From Scenedesmus sp. PABB004 (Eukaryota), in the NCBI GenBank assembly GCA_014905635.1, contig JABVCE010000007.1, positions 1,485,821-1,505,820 of the forward strand: DNA of 20,000 nucleotides. Direction: 5' to 3'. Each line of letters opens with the position of its first letter. The first letter of the stretch is position 1. The position numbers and the translations under genes are program-made. Below, piece after piece: positions 1-7,130 of this stretch. A model generated the notes under the pieces. That model was not told the origin of the DNA, searched no databases, and worked only from the letters and a program-made list of their open reading frames with translations.

Positions 1-108
1 GCGCAGCAGGCCGGCCGCCGCGGGAGCTGCCGGCGCAGCGGCAGCCCGCCGGGCAGCCCGCCACTGCCGGGCCGCTGCAGCCGCGCCCGGCCGGGGGTCG
101 CGGCGCAC

Positions 109-1294
109 CTCCTCGCCGACGTGCGAGAAGTCGTTGAGCTCGCCGCCGCAGATGCCGCACGCGTTGACCGAGCTGGTCAGGCGCTTGCCGCTGCCAATGA
201 CGTTGGCCTGGCCGGCGACGCGCGGCGCGCGCGCGGCGAGGCCCGCACCGTCGGTCGCCGCGCGCGCGCGGGCGCTGTCGCGCGTGCGGCGGCGCGGCGC
301 ACCATCTGCTCGCTCGCGACCTCTGCGAGGTCTCTGCCGAGGATGCCGAAGTAGAGGCCGTACCAGAGCAGCACGAGGCTCAGCCCCGGCTCCACCCACC
401 GTGCGAGCAGCAGGCCGACGCCAAACATGTCCAGCACCAGCAGCGCGTACCCCGCCATGCCCACGCCCACGCTCACACGGTGCGCGCCCAGGAACCAGGC
501 GTACACCTGCGCGCCGCCGGCGCGGGGGGCGGGGGGGGGGGGGGGGGGGGGTCGGCCGCCGCCGCCGCCGCGCCTGCCGCCGCCGCCGCCGCCGCTGCGC
601 CTGCCGCCGCCGCAGCGCTGCCCGCGCGGCGCGCGCGCACCCGGCGCGGCAGTGTGTGGTGCACGCGCTTGCCGAGGCACTGCCCCACCAGGTAGCCCGT
701 GACGCCCGAGTAGACCGCCCAGACGGCGAGGAAGCGCCAAAACTTGAGGTGCACGCTGAACACGGCGGGCATGAGCCACAGCCCCGCGAGGCTCACCTGC
801 GCCGTCGCCGGGGCGGCGCGCCGGCGCGGTCGCGCGGCCGCGCGGGCCGGACGGCGCGGCGCCGCGCGCCGCGCGCTGCGGCGGCGCTGGTCGCCCCGCC
901 CGGCCCGCCCGGCTGGCCGCCGCGCACCAGCTCGTAGGAGCGCTTGTGCTGCTTGCGCCACACCACCAGGCCCGTCTGGGCGCCCAGGATCATGAACTGC
1001 GGCGCGCGGCGCGGCGTCGGCAGCAGCGGCCCGGCCGCCGCCGCGCGGATCGGGCCGCCGCAGCCTCACCAGCATCATGTACATCAGCAGCACTGCCCAG
1101 CCGGGCGAGATGCGGTCCTCCTCCACGTCGATGAAGGCGGTGGCGTTGGTGGCGTTCGCCGAAGCGTTCAGCGCCCAGCCCCCGGCCGCCAGGCCCGAGC
1201 CGTTCATGCTGTTGGCTGCAGAGCCGTTCATGGCGTGCAGGGCGACGCCCACGGCCTTTCCAGCGCCCCCATCAGCCGGTGCGGGCCCACCCAT
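109..1294 (-). CDS. RNF121: RNF121/RNF175-like multi-pass membrane RING E3 ubiquitin ligase, 3'-partial. Exons 1294-1070, 996-928, 796-641, 506-303, 207-109; continues off the left edge
   Basis: Manual splicing at GT..AG sites joins one frame: MGGPAP...WAVLLMYMML|FMILGAQTGLVVWRKQHKRSYEL|VSLAGLWLMPAVFSVHLKFWRFLAVWAVYS...LPRR|VYAWFL...LLWYGLYFGILGRDLAEVASEQM|ANVIGSGKRLTSSVNACGICGGEL. The 'YGLYFGILGRDxAE', 'PRRVYxWFL' and 'WRKxHxRSY' motifs followed by the start of a RING (CGIC) match the family from memory. Confidence 0.88.
524..612. repeat. Intronic poly-G run (G21 at 531-551) followed by (GCC)n-rich low-complexity repeat
   Basis: Directly visible; lies within intron 3 (507-640) of the RNF121-like gene. 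Confidence 0.9.
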
Positions 1295-1950
1295 CGCGGA
1301 CAGCAGCGCGCGCCGCGCCCAGCCGAGGGCGCATGGGCTGGCCGCGGGCGCGTGACGGACGCGCAAAGGCGTGCTGCAGCGCCGGGCCGCCCAGCCGGTG
1401 ATCACAGCAGCCGGGCGCCGAGGGCCGGCGGAGCGATGCGCGCTGCTGCTGCTGCTGCTGCGGGCTTGCGGCGGCGGGCGTGGTTGGGGCGCGGCTCGGG
1501 TGTCGCTGTGGCTGCCCTTGGGAGCCTCAAGTGTGGGAGTCTGTTGGAGGCGTGACGGCCAGGTCGCGCGGCGGCGGTACGACTGCGTCTTTGGCGGTTC
1601 TGAGCCGTCTCTGCCCTGCGCGCACGGTACGTGCGGAGCGAGGCGGCCATGCTGGCGGCGGGCTGCGGGCGCCGCGGGGTGGCCGTCGATGAATGAGAGC
1701 CGCCCTGCAGCGCGCCCAATTGCGCGCGGCGCCAATGGCCGCCGGACGCCGGCGCACTGTTATGTGCCGTGTTGTGGCCCGCGCCGCGCCGGCGGCGAGG
1801 CCCCCGCCGCGTGGCGCCTGCGCGACCCTCGTGCCGAGGACGCTGAGCGCGGAGTTGTGGGCACCCGCCGCGCCGGCCAAGCCCCCGGTCAGCGGCGCGG
1901 TCAGCCGCGCACGGCGGCGGGCGCCGACCGGCCGAGCGCTCGCCGGCGCC
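1295..1950. promoter_or_regulatory. Putative bidirectional promoter and 5'-UTR region between head-to-head RING genes
   Basis: Start codons at 1294 (-) and 1951 (+) diverge ~650 bp apart. Two CCAAT motifs lie near 1716-1736. TSS positions are not determined. Confidence 0.5.
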
Positions 1951-3333
1951 ATGCCGCCGCGCTCCCAGGTGGCCTGCCTGGCGGTGGCCCTGCAGGACCA
2001 CATGAGCGCCCTGCTGGCGCTGCCGGGCGCGCGGCCGCCCGGCAGCGCGCCCGGCGCGGCGCCGTCGCTCGCGCAGCGCCTGGGCCTCGCGCCGGCGCCG
2101 GCGGCGCTGCTGACGCCAGAGCAGTGGGAGGCGGTGCACGCCGGCGCGCGCGCGCGCGCCGACCCGCGCGTCGACGCCTGCGCGGTCTGCCTCGAGCCCT
2201 TTGCCGACTGCGCGACGGCGCAGGCACTGCTCAGCTGCGGGCACGTGTTCCACGCGGCCTGCCTGCGCGCGTTCGAGGCGCACGCGCGGTCCCGCGCCTG
2301 CCCGCTCTGCCGCGCGCCCTGCTACCAGACGCGCGCCATCACCGACGCCGCGGACGCGCGCGCCGCGGCCGCCGCCACGCGCATCCAGGCGGTGGCGCGC
2401 GGCTGGCTGGCGCGGCGGGCGCTCGTCGCGGCGCTCGTGCGGCAGCCGCGGCCGCCGCGCGCACAGCGCCTGCGGCGGCTGTGGGCGGCGGGGCGACTGG
2501 CGGCGGCGGCGGGGGCAGCGCTGGCGGCGGGCGCCGGCGCCGGCGCCGGCGACCTGGACGGCCTGTTTGCGGAGCTGGACGCCAGCCTGGGCGCGAGCAG
2601 GCGCCTGGCCGACCCCGCAGCAGCGCGCGCAGCGGCCGCGGCGGGCAGCGACGGGCAGGCCGCCGGCGGCTGCAAGCCCAACGCGCCCGCACCCCGGGCA
2701 GAGTTGCAGGAACAGCCACGCCACGCAGGCCGGCCAGCTGCCGCTGCGACGCCACCCCGCCGCGGCTGGCCGCAGCGGCGAACGGCCGGCACCAGGCCCG
2801 CAGCAGCTGGCAGTGCGGGCGCTGTCAGCGAGGGGGCACTGCCGGCAATGGCGCCGCCGCGCGCCCCGAGGCACGCGCGAGGACGCAGCCGCGGCGACGC
2901 AGGACCGCCTGTTTCACCTGCCACCGCAGCTGGCGCGGCGGCAGTGGAGCGGGCAGCGGTGGCCCAGGCTGCGCGTGCGGAGCAGCAGCAGCAGCAGCGG
3001 CAGTTTCTCGAGCAGCAGGCGGCAGCGCCCGACGGTTAAGTGGCGCCGCGGCCGCGCCGGCCAGCACCCGGCCTCGCGGCCGACTGGCTGGCCGTGCTCG
3101 CGCACGCCTGCGAGAGCGGCGAGACCGACTGCGCCATATGCCTCGGCGCCCTGGCGGGCCCGCGCGAGGCGGCGGGCGTCGCACTCCTGTCCTGCTCCCA
3201 CGTCCTGCACGCGTGCTGCGTCGCGAGCTTTGAGGCCTTTGAGGCCGGCCGCGGCGGGCAGCCCAGCTGTCCCGTGTGCCGCGCACCGTACGAGCGGCGC
3301 TGCTTTGAGGTGGTGCCCGCGCCTGAAGCGTGA
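1951..3333 (+). CDS. RNF32: RNF32-like protein (RING-H2, IQ motif, RING-H2). In-frame TAA at 3037-3039 is probably intronic or an error
   Basis: gccATG at 1951. Motifs in order: 'ALQDH', 'SLAQRLGL', 'LTPEQW', RING1 CAVC...LLSCGHVFHAACLRAFE...CPLCR, IQ motif 'ATRIQAVARGWLARR', 'LFAELDASL', RING2 CAIC...LLSCSHVLHACCVASFE...CPVCRAPY, then TGA at 3331-3333. This is the RNF32 architecture. Exon structure between ~2610 and ~3070 is uncertain. Confidence 0.85.
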
Positions 3334-3664
3334 GCGCGCGTGACGGGCACGTCGTGGGAGGCGACCGGGCAGCGGGCGGGCGGGCAGCGGGCGGGCGGGC
3401 GGCTGAACCGCTGCCGGCGCAGGGAGGGGCAGCAGTCTCTGATCCCTGCGTGCCCAGCCGCGACGCGCCCACGGCCAGCTGCGCTCCGGAACGCGCTGTT
3501 GCTGCCGCCGCCACCCGCGCCGCAGCTGGCTGCCCCGGCCCCCAGCGCGCCGACCGGGGCTCCGGGCCTAGGGCTGCTGCCGCGCGGGAAGCGCCATGCT
3601 GGCGGCGCTGGGGCAGCAGCGCGGGGCCAGCAGACGCGTGGCGCATGCGCTGAGGGAGTGGTGC

Positions 3665-3692
3665 GATAAAGATAAAGATAAAGATAGTTACA
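3665..3692 (-). other. Retroposon-like 3' terminus: TGTAA signal immediately followed by a (TATCTT)n simple-repeat tail
   Basis: The + strand reads (GATAAA)3GATA at 3665-3686, then G, then TTACA at 3688-3692. The - strand reads ...CTATGGTGTAAC-TATCTTTATCTTTATCTTTATC. This is an AT-rich island in very GC-rich DNA. Confidence 0.65.
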
Positions 3693-3761
3693 CCATAGGC
3701 TCGCGCCCATTGGTCCCGCGCCCCTGGTGCGACCTTCGTGAGAGCGGCGGGGCGGCAAAAA

Positions 3762-3856
3762 GGCGCGCGCGCGGGCGGCGCGCGGCCCGCGGCGCGGCGC
3801 GGCCGCCGCCGGCGGCCCTCGGCGGCGCAGCCCGTGGCCGGGCAGCACGTGGGAGC
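3762..3856. repeat. First partial unit of the 171-bp tandem array, left of the hAT insertion
   Basis: Matches array units (ggcgcgcgcgcgggcggcgcgcggcccgc...gggcagcacgtgggagc) and continues in register at 7139 after the transposon and TSD. Confidence 0.95.
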
Positions 3857-3960
3857 CAGTGATTCGTGATACGCGCGTATCGACCCCTTGTATCCAGAAA
3901 TACGCGTACTGATACGGATACGCGTACGGATACGCCAAATACGCCGCCTGATACGTCAGC
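3857..3960. repeat. hAT left TIR and subterminal GATACG/AATACG motif cluster
   Basis: gtgatacgcgcgtatc...aaatacgcgtactgatacggatacgcgtacggatacgccaaatacgccgcctgatacg. These are likely transposase binding sites, by analogy to Ac subterminal repeats. Confidence 0.85.
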
Positions 3961-4101
3961 CCGCCAGGGGCTTTGCATGCTGCTGCGCCGCGGCTGGTCT
4001 GGTAAATTCCACCGATAATTTTGCTGCCCGCGCCGCTCCACGGATAGAAAGACGTTCGCAGAGTGCACTGCGCGCCGCTGCGCGGCCGTTCGCCGGCTGA
4101 A

Positions 4102-6821
4102 ATGTCCGCCCCGGGCCCGGAAGCTGCGGCGGATTGGAGCGCCTCCAACGTCGTCGCCGACCACTTCGAGGTCTGTACGGCGCCTCCAAGGCCTGGTTCG
4201 AGCTCCCACAACAAGACCTACACGTGCAAGTGGTGTTCAACCACCTTCTCAGGCTCCGTCACCCGGGCGCTCGCCCATCTGGCGGGCATTGTGGGCATAG
4301 GCGTCGCGGCGTGCGCGGCGATCTCTGAGGGCGTCAGGAACAAGTTCAAGGCTGAGTGGGCGAGCAAGCAAGCAGCCACGAAGAAGCGCCGTGCACCGCT
4401 CGGCGGTGACGCTCAGCAGCAGCGCAGCACCCCCGCCTGCGCCGGCAGCCCCCCCGGGGGCTCTGGCCACAGCAGCGCCGCCAGCCGGGTCCAGGTGCTG
4501 GTCGAGCGAGAAGCGCCGGCGGGCGGCGCGGGGTGGGGCGGGCGCGTCGCACGCGAGCGCGCCGCACGGCGCCGCGCGGCAGCAGCGCCCACGAGCGCCG
4601 CTGCCCGCCGCCGCTGCCGCAGGGCCCGCTGGAGCGGTCCTTTCAGGTCGCGGAGATCGCCCACGTGAATGCCGCTCTCACGGACTTTCTGTACGCTGAG
4701 GGCCTGCCCCTGCGCCTGGTGAAGAGCCCGTGGCTGCGCGCTTTCGTCAACGCGCTGCAGGGCATGAAAGGCAAGTACACGCTCCCGTCGTACGACAACG
4801 TGAGAACCAGGCATCTGCAAGAGGCCAAGGACCGCGTGGACAAGAAGCTGCAGGCTTGGCAGCAGCGCTGCCCGCAGAGCGGCGTCACCATCTGCAGCGA
4901 TGGTTGGAGCGACCGCCAGGGCAACCCGTTGCTGAATGTTCTTGCTGTCAACCCAAAGGGCGCCAAGTTCATCACCGCTGTCGACACCACCGGCAAGACC
5001 AAGAACGCTGAGTATGTCGCTGGCGTGCTGATGAACGTGATTGAAATGGTGGGGCCTGAGCACGTCGTGCAGGTGCGGGGCGGGGGCGCACGAGCGCCCC
5101 GGCAGCCCGCAACGGCCGAGGTGCAGCGTGACGCATGTGCCCCGCCTTCCCCAGGTGTGCACGGACTGCGCTGCCGTCTGCAAGGCGGCCGGCGTGCTGA
5201 TCATGGCGCGCTGGCCGCACATCACTTGGTCGCCATGCGTGGCGCACGTGTGTGACCTCGCGCTGGAGGACCTCTTTTCCAAGGTGGACTCTTTCAAGGC
5301 CGCCCACGAGGAGAACAAGGCGTTCATCACGTTTGTGAGGTTGGTGGGGGCACGGCGCCGGGGCACGGGAGCAGGTGCGGGCGCGGGCGCCGGCGCCGGC
5401 GCTGCGGCGGCAGCAGCGACCACTGCTCTCTCTCTTTTTCCCGTGTCTGCCCGACTTCCCTAGGAACCACCACAGCACGCTGGCGGCGTGGAAGCAGTTC
5501 AACCACAGCGACGCGACCGGCGCGACCGACGCGGAGCGCAGCGAGCTTCAGCGCACCAACAAGCTGCAGCTGATCAAGCCGGGTGAGACGCGCTTCGCCA
5601 GCGCGCACCTCATGCTGGAGCGCGTGGCGAAGCTCAAGAGCAAGATCAGGCAGTATGTGGTGTCTGAGCACTGGGCCGTTGCCATCAGCAACTTCAAGCC
5701 GGGGGACAAGGTGTGCAGCGGCGGGTTGCAGCACGCGGCTAGGCTGCGCTGTGCAGCCTGTAGCTGGGCTGCTGCCCACGCCCGCCGACACCACCCCGCC
5801 GCTTGCTAGGCTCTCGCCAAGAAGTTCGAGAGCCTTGTCACCAGCGCCAAGTTCTGGGAGCAGGTTGGTCGTGCTCGCCCGCCCACCGCGCGGGCGGCGC
5901 GGGCCCGCCTGGCCCCGCGCCAGACCAACGCCCGCCCTCACTTCGCCCACCGCGTCAGGTGGAGCTGGCTGTGCAGGTGTGCACGCCGATTGTCAAGTTG
6001 CTGCGACTGGCGGACGGCGACGCGCCCAGCGCGAGCAAGATCCACGCCCACGCGTTCTCAGTGCGCGCGCGCGCTCCTAGTGCCCGGGCTGCAGCGCCCG
6101 CCGCGGGCGCGCGCCGCACGCGTGCGCTGGGCGCGCAGCACGCGCTCACAGCGCGTGCGGCGCTGTCCGTGCGCAGGTGAAGAGCTTGCTGCGCGAGATG
6201 GCTGAGCAGTTCAGTTCAGTTCAGCAAGAACAAGAGCCGCCCCTGCTGCGCGCCACTGACTGGGAGCTGGTGCAGAAAATTTGGGACGACCGCTGGGACA
6301 TGATGGACAGCCCCCTGCACGGGGCCGGCTACACCGTCGACCCCGAGTACCTCGGCGACCAGGGGATCCCGGTCGGCAACATCACGGACAAGTGTGTGCG
6401 CGACTGGCACACCATGTGTGAGAAGCTGCTGCCCACCATTGAGGAGCGAACCCAGGCGATGGCGGGGTACATGGCGTTCCGCAACGGCGAGGGGTCGTTT
6501 GGCCAAGACCTGGCCAAGGCCGTCGCGCCCATCACCCCGGCGCACCAGTGGTGGGAAACCTACGGCCAAGCCTGGCCCGAAGCGCAGCGCGTGGCGGTCA
6601 GGGTGCTCTCCCAGGTCGCCTCCGCCAGCTCTTGCGAGCGCGCGTGGTCAGCCTACGACTTCATCCACAACAAGCGGCGCAACAGGCTCACCCCGCAGCG
6701 CGCGCGCGACCTCGTGTACGTGTTCACCAACACGCGCCTGGCCACCAAGATCAGCGCAGAGGGGGGCGAGCAGTTCCACGGCTGGGACGAGGAGGAGGAG
6801 ATGTCGGAGAGCGAGCAGTGA
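4102..6821 (+). CDS. hAT transposase, 691 aa (BED zinc finger, DUF659-type RNase H-like core, C-terminal dimerization domain). Exons 4102-4494, 4623-5072, 5155-5339, 5464-5710, 5810-5863, 5959-6060, 6177-6821
   Basis: Six GT..AG introns (82-128 nt) give one open frame of 2076 nt. Motifs: BED finger (YTCKWC...TRALAHL...C), catalytic D in 'ICSDGWSD', D in 'QVCTDCA', CxxH 'PCVAHVCDL', 'GETRF', 'WWETYG', and catalytic E in 'SASSCERAWS...KRRNRL'. Confidence 0.93.
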
Positions 6822-6944
6822 GCGCCGCCGCACGTCCGGCGCGGCGGGCACGCCGCGCGGCGCGCCGCGCAGCGTGCGCCGCGCAGCGCGCGCAGCGCAG
6901 CGCGTGCAGGTGCTGCACAGAGCCCAGGGGCGGCTGCGAGGCTT

Positions 6945-7016
6945 GGCGGCTGGGCTGGGCGGCTGGGCTCGGCGGCTGGGCGGCTGGGCTGGGCGGCTGG
7001 GCTGGGCGGCGGGCGG
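6945..7016. repeat. Short GGCGGCTGGGCTG-type tandem repeat in the hAT 3' non-coding region
   Basis: ggcggctgggctgggcggctgggctcggcggctgggcggctgggctgggcggctgggctgggcggcgggcgg is directly visible. Confidence 0.8.
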
Positions 7017-7027
7017 TAACAGTGAGA

Positions 7028-7130
7028 CGTATCAGGGCCGTATCGCAGCCGCATCGGACCGGCGGCGGCGTATTTTTCACGTATCGCGTATCGCGTATCG
7101 CGTATCACGTATCACGTATCCAAATCCCTG
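7028..7130. repeat. hAT right subterminal CGTATC cluster, (CGTATC[G/A])n heptamer run and right TIR
   Basis: cgtatcag...cgtatcgc...cacgtatcgcgtatcgcgtatcgcgtatcacgtatcacgtatccaaatccctg. The motifs are inverted relative to the left-end GATACG copies. Confidence 0.88.

Larger units (their letters stand above)
3857..7130 (+). mobile_element. Complete autonomous hAT-superfamily DNA transposon (3274 bp)
   Basis: Perfect 8-bp TSD GTGGGAGC at 3849-3856 and 7131-7138. Imperfect TIRs: CAGTGATTCGTGATACG (3857-3873) versus reverse complement CAGGGATTTGGATACG (7115-7130), with an Ac-like CAGGGAT start. GATACG/CGTATC subterminal repeats at both ends and an internal transposase gene. Confidence 0.96.

Noticed and set aside
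3037..3039. Alternative genetic code (TAA = Gln)
   Set aside because: This is a single instance. No other in-frame TAA/TAG occurs in the spliced RNF121-like or transposase ORFs, and the TAGs at 5461 and 5807 are splice acceptors.
3665..3686. Telomeric repeat
   Set aside because: GATAAA does not resemble algal TTTAGGG/TTTTAGGG repeats, and there are fewer than four copies.
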